64,000 bases of DNA from Eubacteriales bacterium (GTDB taxonomy: Bacteria; Bacillota; Clostridia; Oscillospirales; CAG-272), in assembly GCA_045580325.1 (NCBI GenBank), contig JAZNNR010000005.1, forward strand, positions 67,504 to 131,503. The letters run 5' to 3'. The translations under genes and the position numbers were made by a program. Of this stretch, positions 44,481 to 54,200 are shown piece after piece (the stretch's first letter is position 1; every line of letters starts with the position of its first letter). The notes under the pieces were generated by a model. It was not told where the DNA came from. It worked only from the letters and a program-made list of their open reading frames with translations, and made no database searches.

Positions 44481-47400
44481 ATGAAAAAAACAAGACGTTC
44501 ATTCCTGCTGAGCGTAACGGCACTTATTCTGTGCTTTGCTATGCTCCTTGGCTCTACATTTGCGTGGTTTACCGATATCGTAACCAGCTCAAACAACAAA
44601 ATTGTATCAGGTACGCTTGACCTTGACCTTCAGCTTAAGGACAAGGAAACAGGGCAGTACACCTCTATTAACGAGAGCTCCGATCCCGTATTTGACTACG
44701 ACAATTGGGAACCCGGTTATACCGACGTGAAGGTATTAAAGGTTCTTAACGCAGGCTCGCTGTCGTTAAAATGGGTTAGTAATTTTGTGTCCCGCGAAGC
44801 TATTACAAAGCTCGCAGAGGTTATCGACGTTTACGTTAAGACTTCCGACAGCGATATTGCATACCCCGATGAAAGAACCGAGCTCACCTCTGCAAACGGC
44901 TGGAGGAAGATTGGTACTCTTAATCAGATAATCGATTCGACGATTCAGCCCGTAAACGGACAGCTCCTCCCGGGCGAAGCTGATTACTTTGCTGTAGCTC
45001 TGCATATGCAGGAGTCTGCGGGCAACGAATATCAGAACACCTCCGTCGGAGCGTTTGATATTACTGTTCACGCTACTCAGTATACTGTTGAAAACGATTC
45101 CTTCGGTCCCGACTACGACCAGAACGCGCAGTGGCCGAGCGGAGTAATTGACGGTACTATCGTTGCATCTTCTGCCGTAACTACCGATGAAAACGGCAAA
45201 GTAACCACCGCTGTAACTATGACAAACGGCAAGGTTAGTGCAACCGTTCCTGCAGGCACTCAGCTTGTTAGCGGCACAACGAGCGTAACAGTTACGGTTA
45301 GCCCTGTTCGTGAAAGCCAGGCTAACGTTACTCTTAGCGATACCGAAAAAATGCTTCCCGTTGACGTTCACATTGACGGCGTAGCAGAGAATAACGACGT
45401 TCCTATTCCCGTATATCTTACAGAGTGGCTCGACACCGGTCTTAATATCGGTAACTATCATCTCTATCACGTAGAGGACGGCGTAACAACCGAAATGACT
45501 CTCCGCGCGGATAATGCTACTCCCGTACATAATAATTTTGACTATGATCCCGCAACCGGCGACGTAGTTCTCTATATGGCATCATTCTCTGAAGTTGCTA
45601 TTGTAGCAGATACACTTAAGGCTTGGGAAGGTAACTACGATTATTCTTGGTATGATGCAGATGCTACCGAATTGAAGATCGCAAATGCTGACCAGCTTGC
45701 CGCTTTTAGCGCAATCGTCGGCGGTATGGCTAAGGACGAGAACGGCAACTTCTTAATTACATATACAGATACTGATGGTGATGTGCACCACAATGACTTT
45801 TTCGAAAACAAAACCGTAAAGCTTCTAGCTGACATCAACCTTGGCGACAAGGAATCCGAAAACAACCCTGATCTCATATTCTATCCTATCGGTTATTGGA
45901 ATAGTGAGGGCACTTACGAAAAGACCGGCACTGCTATCTCCAGCGGATTCTACGCATTCAAGGGGACATTCGATGGAAACGGTAATACCATCAAGAACTT
46001 CTATCAGAACACTTGGGAAATGAAGGGAGACCACGATTGGTACGACGCTACTCTTCAGTATTACCGCGACGGTATGGGACTCTTTGGTAAGATTCTCGGC
46101 GGTACCGTAAAGAATCTGACCGTTGACAATTTCTCTTGCGACAGTGAAATTGGTACATCTGGCGTTATTGCAGCGTATGCGGACTCCATATACGGCAAAC
46201 CCGCTGTTTTTGAAAATATCACGATAACAAACTGTAATCCCCGCGTTTATAATATAGGAAACGGCGGTATTGTCGGCTGCGCAGGCTGGTATTCGAGAAA
46301 TGACAGCTTGGGTACTGATGACTATGCCAATGCCGTAACATTCAGAAATATCACAGTTGACCAGACAAATAAGATCTCTGCACTGTGGGGCTCTTGGGGA
46401 GTTTCCTGCGCAGGTATTCTCGGTCAGTATTATCCTGACAGCGACTGCGGAATCAAGCTTGAAAACTGCCACGTTGCGGCAATAATTGACGTTAACAATG
46501 ACGTTTGCTCCAACTATCAGTATTATTGGTACAGATATGCAGGTATGTTTATCGGTACTATCAGAGCTAACACCACCGATAATGACGGCTATACAGTTGC
46601 AAACACTACCGGTGTTACTGCTACCGATTGTACCTACACTATGGGTAACTGGAATGAGTATTGGTACTGCGAGATCGTTGCAAACTCGATCGCTTCCTAT
46701 ACTCACGACCACCAGTTCAGCCGTCTTGAAAATATCTACGATTTGTCTAAGATTAAATCCGGTGATACTTGGTTGCAGGAAGGTCACTTCGCTCTGCTTG
46801 ACGAGAACAGAGATATTGTTGACTGCTACCACATCTTTAAAAACTCGGAAGGCGTGCTTTACAGGCACTTCCACGATAAGGGCGACGAAACCAATGGCTA
46901 CGAGCCTTATGAAACCGTTGATGTCGATGGAGACGGAGTAAAAGAAACAGTCCTCAAAGAAGACCGTCAGCGCTACTTTATCCCCTTCAACCAGCTTATG
47001 ACCGGACTTGATATGGGTATCAAAGCGCATACCGAGTTTGAAGGTATTAAGTTTGTTGAGAACGGAACGGTTCAGTCCGTACAGAAATTCAACGCTACTG
47101 AAAATACTGAAATTGCCGAGAATGCTACTGTAACGATCAAGGATTTGTTTATAGCAAGCGGCAATGGAACTATAAGTTCACCCACTGTTCAGGTTTACGT
47201 TTCTCCCATTGGATATGGCAGCACTGTTAGTGCGACATATTCGGGAAATACCGCAGATTGGGAAAAGGGAACTCTTACATTCTCAGGAACAGGTTCGGCA
47301 AAGGTTGTTATTACAGATTATTTCTATTGCACAAATACTGTTCTTTACGTAACGGTTGGCGGCAAAGTAACCGCATATAATAAATTCGACTCTAAGCTTA

Positions 47401-50400
47401 CCGGCGACTTCCTCTACCGAGTAGGTAATAAGAACACAGTTAATCTTGGCAGCTTGTTTAAGGCAAAAGAGGGCGTAACGATCGGTACAGTTGACGTAAC
47501 TATCGAGTCCGTTGGAGGCACAACTGCAAGCGGTACATACACTTCTAATGCAACTTGGACAAACGGAACGATTCAGTTCTCGGGTACAGGCGTTGTTAAG
47601 GTTACGATTACCGATAACAACTATTGCACACCTACCGTTCTTTACCTCGAAGTTGTTGATGCAACGAACGTAACAGGGCTTAGCGGAACTATATCAGGCA
47701 ACGTTGTTCTCCTTAACGACTGCGGACTTTCCTCGCTTACCGTAAGCGGACGTAATGCAGTTTACGGCAACGGATTCACTGCTACTTATACAGGCAACGG
47801 TCAGTACCTCAACAACGGTCTTAAGCAGGGCATTGTCACCGTAAAAGAAAATGGTACACTTGATAACCTTAGAGTGATTGCACCGATATATCCTAGAGCA
47901 TATCTCTATTATGGAACTACTTCATTAGGTGATTACGTTCAGGACGGTCCTTATGATGTAGGACCTAACGGTAATAGATATCATTATCAGCTTTCTGCAG
48001 TAGCAGCAAGCGGTAATGCTACGATTTCTAATTGCTACATCTACGGCGGTAGAAATAACATCTTTGTTAATACCGGCGATGTAACTATCAAGGATACAAT
48101 TCTTGAGTGTGGCACGGTTGCTAACATACAAATCCAGAGCAATAGCTCACATACAATTACCCTTGAAAATCTTACAACAATTCAGTATCAAGTAAATCCT
48201 ACTATTGATGATACTTCTAAGGTTATGCTTGGTGCAGGTATTATAGTTGGTCCCGAAACTACTGAAAATCCCGCTATCGTTTTGAATGGTGAGTTCAAGC
48301 AGTATAACTGGGTTAATGAAGATGATAAGAATGCTGCTTCAGATAAGGTTGCTAAAGAAATTATTAATGCAGCACTTAACGCAACAGCATACAATCATAC
48401 AATAAACGGAAAAACAACTTCTAACCTTGGCATCATTTATATGAATGATTACGAAGCAAAGGTTACTAATAACACAGGCTTACCTTATGTAATGGATACG
48501 CTTTCCATAAGCGGCGTAAATGGTCAGGCATACTCTCTCCAGGGTGCGACCGAAGAGCAGATTTACAGCGATTACGAAAACGCAGACAAATCTACTGAAA
48601 ACGATTGGTATCAGCCTCAGTTCAAGTATGATAGCACTCTCGGCGATCAGTATGTCGCTGAAGGCGGTGACGAGCATTGCTTCCGTGAAGGCGACACTAT
48701 TAAGGTATTGTTCCCCAGTGGCGATACCAAGGAGATTGATCTTGCTGCACTCGTAAATATCACGAAATACACAGGTCAGAATCTCGGTCTTGTAATTACT
48801 GTTAAGGATGAAAACGGCAATACTATCCCTGCAACAAATGGAAAAATAACTCTTACCAACGCGGGTGAGTACACAGTAACCTACACCGTAACAGATACAC
48901 TGTTCTTTGATAAAGACGGCAATACTGTTACTAAGACAGTAGAGTATTCTTGGGATGTAACTGTATCCGTTTCATTGAAGGACACTGCTGTTCCTAATGC
49001 ATATTTCGCTTATGATACTACAAAGCAGACTATGGGATATGCAAAGAAGAGTATGTTTGCGGGTGGAAACACGCAGTATCTTCCTTTCCTTGCAGGACTT
49101 AAGATTTATGACTACAACGGTCAAAATGCTTACTTGCGTTTTGACGGTGACAACGATTTCAACAAGATTGCCGCCGCTGAAATAACAGGTTATACGAGTG
49201 CAAATCATGTCCTCATTAAAGTAACACTTACTGATGGTGGCGTTATTAACATTGATACTACTGCTAGAGCAGCTTCTGGTGGATCTACTTATACAGGAAA
49301 ACTTCAAACAAGCGGTAACACTCTGTACTATGTAAATGACGGTACAACAAGTGCAACTACAACAACTTGGGTAATTTCTAGCTATAAATTTGTAGGAAAT
49401 AATGGTGTTGAAATAGACTCCGGTGCTGTTACATTCTCTAATTGTGAAAATGGAAGCGTACCTACCGGTAACTTCAACACATCTATCAAATACACCGTAA
49501 CCTACGATGCAAACGGCGGTAACTGCGGTCAAACTACCGGTTATGCTACTTCTGCAAGTGCAGCAGTAACACTTCCTACACCTACACGTAGCGGCTACAT
49601 CTTCGCTGGCTGGTACACGGCGGTAGAGGGCGGCACAAGAGTTGGCGGTGCAGGGGAAAGCTATACACCTTCCGCAAATATTACCCTTTATGCACAGTGG
49701 GGTAAGCCTTGCACGGTAACTTATAATGCAAACGGTGGTTCTTGCGGTACGGCTTCTGAAAAGTACATAGGCACAGCACTTACGCTTCCTACACCTACCC
49801 GCGACGGCTATTGGTTTATCGGTTGGTACGATGCAGCAAATGGCGGTAAAAAGGTAGGCGATGCAGGCGCAACCTATAATCCCAGTGGCGAAATCACACT
49901 TTATGCACATTGGCAGGAAAAGGTCGAGTACACTGTAACCTACAACGCGAACGGCGGTACGTGTGGTACAGCTTCTGCTACCTATCAGGGTACGGCACTG
50001 ACGCTTCCCACACCTACTCGTACAGGATATAAGTTCCTCGGCTGGTACACAGCGGCAAGTAGCGGTACCAAGATTGGCGATGCAGGTGCATCCTACATAC
50101 CTGAGGCAAATATCACACTTTACGCACAGTGGCAGATAAATAGCTATACAATTAAAGTTACAACGAACAATGCAACTGTTAATGTAAATGGTACAGCAGT
50201 TAGCAACAATGGCACAGTATCGATACAGTATGGTGCACAGGTAACTGTAGAAGTTACTTATTCCCAGAGTAGCAGCAAGTCAACGACAATTGAAGGCGCG
50301 GATGGAACAACTTACACCAGTCCCTTTAATATGCCTGCTCAGAATGTAACTATTAACGCAACCAGTACCAGTCCCTGCGTAACCTCCGACACAGTTATTA

Positions 50401-51053
50401 CTCTCGCAGACGGTACTCAGAAGAGAATCGACGAGGTGACATACGATGATTATTTGCTCGTTTGGGACTTCTACAATGGCAAGTATTCTGTTGCTCCTGC
50501 ATCTATCGTAATGAATCATGGATACAATAATTATACGGTTGTTGCTCTAAGATTCAGCGACGGAACGGAGGTTAAGACTATTAACGGACACGGTTTCTTC
50601 GATGTGGCAACTAATGAGTATGTAATACTTAACGAAGAAAATGTTGCAAACTATCTTGGTCATGAATTTGTTCAAGTTGATGGTGATGGATATAACACTG
50701 TAAAGCTTGAAAGCTATGATATTTACAAGGAATATACCGAAAGCTGGTCTATCCTCACAGTGAAACACTACAACTGCATACTTGAAAATATGTGGACAAT
50801 AACACCCGCAGAGGTTGAAGGAAGCTGTGAATACCTTATGCCCTTCGATGTAAGTGATGAAATGAAATTTGATGCTGTTGCTATGCAGACAGACATCGAA
50901 AAGTATGGTCTTTACACCTATGAAGATTTTAGAGAGTATTGCACGTATGAGCAGTTTGCAGCCTTTGGCCTTGAAAACTGGAAGGTTGCAGTTGGCAAGG
51001 GATACATTACTTGGGAAGAGATCCTTTACTTAATAAGCATTCACATTGGATAA
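44481..51053 (+). CDS. 2,190-aa giant secreted protein: SipW-type signal + TasA/camelysin-like domain + Ig-like modules + GLUG-like conserved module + beta-helix region + 3 Listeria-Bacteroides repeats + C-terminal Hint domain
   Basis: MKKTRRSFLLSVTALILCFAMLLGSTFAWFTDIVTSSNNKIVSG. Motifs: DNWEPGYTDVKVLKVLNAGSLSLKW, MQESAGNEYQN..ITVHATQYTVENDSFGPDYD, ADQLAAFSAIVGGM and FKGTFDGNGNTIKNFYQNTWE. The repeats and Hint domain are listed separately. Confidence 0.85.
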   Translation: MKKTRRSFLLSVTALILCFAMLLGSTFAWFTDIVTSSNNKIVSGTLDLDLQLKDKETGQYTSINESSDPVFDYDNWEPGYTDVKVLKVLNAGSLSLKWVSNFVSREAITKLAEVIDVYVKTSDSDIAYPDERTELTSANGWRKIGTLNQIIDSTIQPVNGQLLPGEADYFAVALHMQESAGNEYQNTSVGAFDITVHATQYTVENDSFGPDYDQNAQWPSGVIDGTIVASSAVTTDENGKVTTAVTMTNGKVSATVPAGTQLVSGTTSVTVTVSPVRESQANVTLSDTEKMLPVDVHIDGVAENNDVPIPVYLTEWLDTGLNIGNYHLYHVEDGVTTEMTLRADNATPVHNNFDYDPATGDVVLYMASFSEVAIVADTLKAWEGNYDYSWYDADATELKIANADQLAAFSAIVGGMAKDENGNFLITYTDTDGDVHHNDFFENKTVKLLADINLGDKESENNPDLIFYPIGYWNSEGTYEKTGTAISSGFYAFKGTFDGNGNTIKNFYQNTWEMKGDHDWYDATLQYYRDGMGLFGKILGGTVKNLTVDNFSCDSEIGTSGVIAAYADSIYGKPAVFENITITNCNPRVYNIGNGGIVGCAGWYSRNDSLGTDDYANAVTFRNITVDQTNKISALWGSWGVSCAGILGQYYPDSDCGIKLENCHVAAIIDVNNDVCSNYQYYWYRYAGMFIGTIRANTTDNDGYTVANTTGVTATDCTYTMGNWNEYWYCEIVANSIASYTHDHQFSRLENIYDLSKIKSGDTWLQEGHFALLDENRDIVDCYHIFKNSEGVLYRHFHDKGDETNGYEPYETVDVDGDGVKETVLKEDRQRYFIPFNQLMTGLDMGIKAHTEFEGIKFVENGTVQSVQKFNATENTEIAENATVTIKDLFIASGNGTISSPTVQVYVSPIGYGSTVSATYSGNTADWEKGTLTFSGTGSAKVVITDYFYCTNTVLYVTVGGKVTAYNKFDSKLTGDFLYRVGNKNTVNLGSLFKAKEGVTIGTVDVTIESVGGTTASGTYTSNATWTNGTIQFSGTGVVKVTITDNNYCTPTVLYLEVVDATNVTGLSGTISGNVVLLNDCGLSSLTVSGRNAVYGNGFTATYTGNGQYLNNGLKQGIVTVKENGTLDNLRVIAPIYPRAYLYYGTTSLGDYVQDGPYDVGPNGNRYHYQLSAVAASGNATISNCYIYGGRNNIFVNTGDVTIKDTILECGTVANIQIQSNSSHTITLENLTTIQYQVNPTIDDTSKVMLGAGIIVGPETTENPAIVLNGEFKQYNWVNEDDKNAASDKVAKEIINAALNATAYNHTINGKTTSNLGIIYMNDYEAKVTNNTGLPYVMDTLSISGVNGQAYSLQGATEEQIYSDYENADKSTENDWYQPQFKYDSTLGDQYVAEGGDEHCFREGDTIKVLFPSGDTKEIDLAALVNITKYTGQNLGLVITVKDENGNTIPATNGKITLTNAGEYTVTYTVTDTLFFDKDGNTVTKTVEYSWDVTVSVSLKDTAVPNAYFAYDTTKQTMGYAKKSMFAGGNTQYLPFLAGLKIYDYNGQNAYLRFDGDNDFNKIAAAEITGYTSANHVLIKVTLTDGGVINIDTTARAASGGSTYTGKLQTSGNTLYYVNDGTTSATTTTWVISSYKFVGNNGVEIDSGAVTFSNCENGSVPTGNFNTSIKYTVTYDANGGNCGQTTGYATSASAAVTLPTPTRSGYIFAGWYTAVEGGTRVGGAGESYTPSANITLYAQWGKPCTVTYNANGGSCGTASEKYIGTALTLPTPTRDGYWFIGWYDAANGGKKVGDAGATYNPSGEITLYAHWQEKVEYTVTYNANGGTCGTASATYQGTALTLPTPTRTGYKFLGWYTAASSGTKIGDAGASYIPEANITLYAQWQINSYTIKVTTNNATVNVNGTAVSNNGTVSIQYGAQVTVEVTYSQSSSKSTTIEGADGTTYTSPFNMPAQNVTINATSTSPCVTSDTVITLADGTQKRIDEVTYDDYLLVWDFYNGKYSVAPASIVMNHGYNNYTVVALRFSDGTEVKTINGHGFFDVATNEYVILNEENVANYLGHEFVQVDGDGYNTVKLESYDIYKEYTESWSILTVKHYNCILENMWTITPAEVEGSCEYLMPFDVSDEMKFDAVAMQTDIEKYGLYTYEDFREYCTYEQFAAFGLENWKVAVGKGYITWEEILYLISIHIG
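49491..50147 (+). repeat. Three tandem 219-nt (73-aa) Listeria-Bacteroides (Flg_new-type) repeats inside the giant gene
   Basis: Units start at 49491, 49710 and 49929. Each reads (Y/C)TVTY(D/N)ANGG.CG....Y.G.A(L/V)TLPTPTR.GY.F.GWY.A..GG.(K/R)(V/I)G.AG..Y.P...ITLYA(Q/H)W. Confidence 0.85.
50376..50805 (+). other. Hint (Hedgehog/intein-like) autoprocessing domain at residues ~1966-2108 of the giant protein
   Basis: It begins ..TSTSP|CVTSDTVITLADGTQKRIDEV (intein block-A-like Cys..DT.V...DG). A block-B-like EVKTINGHGFF follows, then the terminal strands WSILTVKHYNCILENMWTIT. An ~82-aa unassigned tail comes after it. Confidence 0.65.
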
Positions 51054-51066
51054 CTTTACTCCAGCC

Positions 51067-51145
51067 CCCGACCCTTCGGGGTCGGGCGGCAACAAAAGCG
51101 CGACGAAAACTCGGTTTATTCATTTTTCACGCGTTTTTGTTTCCG
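51067..51145 (+). repeat. Leader module copy 3, upstream of the second giant gene: GC hairpin plus long imperfect hairpin
   Basis: CCCGACCC (51067-51074), loop TTCG, GGGTCGGG (51079-51086). CGGCAACAAAAGCGCGACGAAAA (51087-51109) pairs imperfectly with TTTTCACGCGTTTTTGTTTCCG (51124-51145). All three copies share GGTCGGGYGGCAAYAAAAG. Confidence 0.6.
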
Positions 51146-51206
51146 AAAATCATTATTTTGTAAGCAAAAATCCTTAAAATAAATAAAATAAAAGGAGAAA
51201 GAGATA

Positions 51207-54200
51207 ATGAAAACCAAAAAATCATTACTCGCAAGCAGCATAGCACTGCTTTTGTGCTTTGCAATGTTGCTCGGATCTACGTTTGCGTGGTTTACCGACG
51301 TCGTAACGAGCTCCGGCAACAAAATTCAGTCAGGCTCATTAAAGCTTGATCTGAAGGTGCTTACCGAGGTTGAAGCCACGGACGGCACGACTTATTACGA
51401 ATGGGTATCTATCAAGAATGACAGATCACCCCTTTTCACCTATGAAAATTGGGAACCCGGTTATACCGACGTTACCATTTTAATGGTTGAAAACCTTGGC
51501 ACTCTGGCACTCAAATGGGAAGCTAGATTTGCCTCTGACAAACCCCTTTCTGCTTTGGCAGACGTTATCGACGTTTACGTCAAGCCCGGCGTAACTTCGT
51601 ATCCTGCTAACAGATCTGATCTTGAGGCTAACGGTTGGAACAACGTTGGCTGCCTCAAAGACTTCGTTAACAAGCTTTCAGAAACCACGTACGGTTATCT
51701 TGACGGCATCGGCAGCGGCGGCACTACCAGTGCTACTCTCGGTATTGCTCTCAAGATGCGTGAGGAAGCGGGCAACGAGTATCAGAACCTCACACTCGGT
51801 GAATTTGATATTCGTATCGTAGCAACACAGGCAATGAAGGAAGATGACTCCTTTGGTCCTGACTACGACGAAGACGCTCAGTGGCCTGTATTTAAAGGCA
51901 GCGTAAGCGCTTCCGCGCCCGTAACCAATAATAATGGTACGCTTGCTTCTGATACAACTGTTTCCAGTACAGACGGCAAGATCAGTGCAACTCTTCCTGC
52001 AGGCGTTACGCTTAATAACGGTACAGACAAGGTTACCCTCAGCGTAAGCGAGAAGACCGAAAGTGAAGCAGGTATTCTCGCTGCACCTGGTGTAGCTATG
52101 TCCCCTGTTGACGTACATATTGAAGGCGTTGCAGAAGGGAACACCACTCCTATTCCTGTAACCATTCAGGCGCTCCTTCCTGCCGGTCTTAATGCAGGTA
52201 ACTACAAGCTCTACCACGTAGAAGACGGTAATACCATTGAGATGACTCTTCGTGCAGCAGGTCAGACTCCTGCTCATAATACCTTTGATTACGATCCCGC
52301 AACAGGCGACGTAACACTCTATCTTGCATCCTTCTCTGAGGTTATGGTGCAGGCAGACATGGAAAACAAGTGGCAAGGCGGTATGGATTTCAGTTGGTAT
52401 GAGTATTCTCTCGACGGTGAAATTTTCAAGATCTCCAACGCTGACCAGCTTGCAGCCTTTAGCGCAATCGTCGGCGGTATGAAATATGATTTTGAAGGAA
52501 ATCTTCTCCCCGAATATACCCCCAACTATGCCGCTGATTCCTTCGAAGGCAAGATCGTAACTCTTACCGGTGATATCTTCATCGGTGATACTGACAAATA
52601 TGCCGAAAACGGTGATGCTTCCGCAAACGGCTTTATGTTCTATCCTATCGGTTACTATAACACTACTTATAGTTACCAAAAGAAAGATAAGATAGATGTT
52701 TCCAGTGGTTTTAAGCGCTTCAAAGGCACATTTGACGGTTGTGGACACATTATTTCCGACTTCTATCAGAACACATGGGAAGCATTCGGTGACTACAATG
52801 ACGGTTACTCAGGCACACCTAACCACAACCGCGACGGCTTCGGTCTGTTCGGTAATGTTTTAGGTTCTAGAGATGGCGAAGAATACACCGGCGGTATCAT
52901 TAAGAACCTTACTGTTAATAATTTCTCTTCTGACGGTGAATTTACCACCACAGGTGCTATCGCAGCTTATGCTGACGGAGCACTCTTCGAAAATATCTCT
53001 ATTACCAACTGTAATCCCCGTGTTTACAACATCGGTAACGGCGGTATCGTAGGATGCGTTGGTTGGTATGCTGAGACAGCAGGCTTACTTACCACCTTCA
53101 AGAACGTTACCGTAGATAACTCTAACAAGATCACAGCTCTTTGGGGATCTTGGGACGTTGCCTGCGGCGGTATCGTTGGTCAGTACTATCCCACCAGCGG
53201 TCAGTCGGCACACAACTATCCCGTAAACGCCGGAATGCACTTCGAGAACTGTCATTCCTCTGCTGTTATAGACGTTTATAACGACGTGTGCGCAAACTAT
53301 CAGTACTACGCATACCGTTATTCAGGACTTCTTATCGGTTCTGTTCGCGAGAACGTTGAGGAGGACGGCCACTCATATCCCGATATGACAGGCATCACCG
53401 CAAGCGGCTGTACCGTTCACTTCGGCGACTGGAACGACTACTACTACTGCGAGATCGTTGCAAACTCTCTCGCATCCTATACTCATGACCACCAGATGAG
53501 CCGTTTGACTCAGGTGAAGAGTATTGATGTAGAAAATATGAAGTATCTCCCTCTCGGTGAAACAAATAGCGCTGAGAATTGGGTTAATATTCCTACATCC
53601 GGTTGGGCTCACTACGTTGTAGTTAAGGATTATAACGAAACTACAGGTAAATATACCCACGGTGACGGACACGGCTTTGCAGATTGCTACCACTTTAATA
53701 ACGGTAATGTTCATACACACGAAAGTGCAGGCACCGAAACCGTTAATGGAGTTCCGGGTATACTCAAAGAAGATAAGCAGCTTATCTACCGCGAATTCAA
53801 CAACCTTGTAACCGGCTACGGCTGGGGCGTAACAAGCAAGGGTGTTGGCGACCTTGACGGTGTAGAGAACCTTGACGATATAATAGAAAACGAAGGCGAA
53901 TCCTACGATAAGTTCGTACAGAAGAGCCACGACGCTAACCTTACGAGCAATAATACATACAGATTCGGTGAATTCTTTGATGCTATATCTAATAATCCTA
54001 CAGTAAGCATTCTTTCTCCTACGGTAACCATTTCTGCAAACAACGTTACCGCAGAGGATAAAGTAACCGTAGAGATTACCCGTAATAAGGATAATTGGGA
54101 AAATAGCACCATCGTATTCCGCGGTGCAGGTACGATTACCCTTACTATTCAGGATTACTATTTCTGTAATCCCACCACAACCACACTTCAATTTGAAGTT

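Noticed and set aside
50376-51053. True mobile intein (protein-splicing element) in the first giant gene
   Set aside because: The Hint domain is terminal rather than inserted in a conserved host protein. It lacks a homing-endonuclease domain and has no clear C-terminal HN+Cys/Ser/Thr splice junction. It fits a bacterial intein-like / pre-toxin-type autoprocessing Hint domain better.
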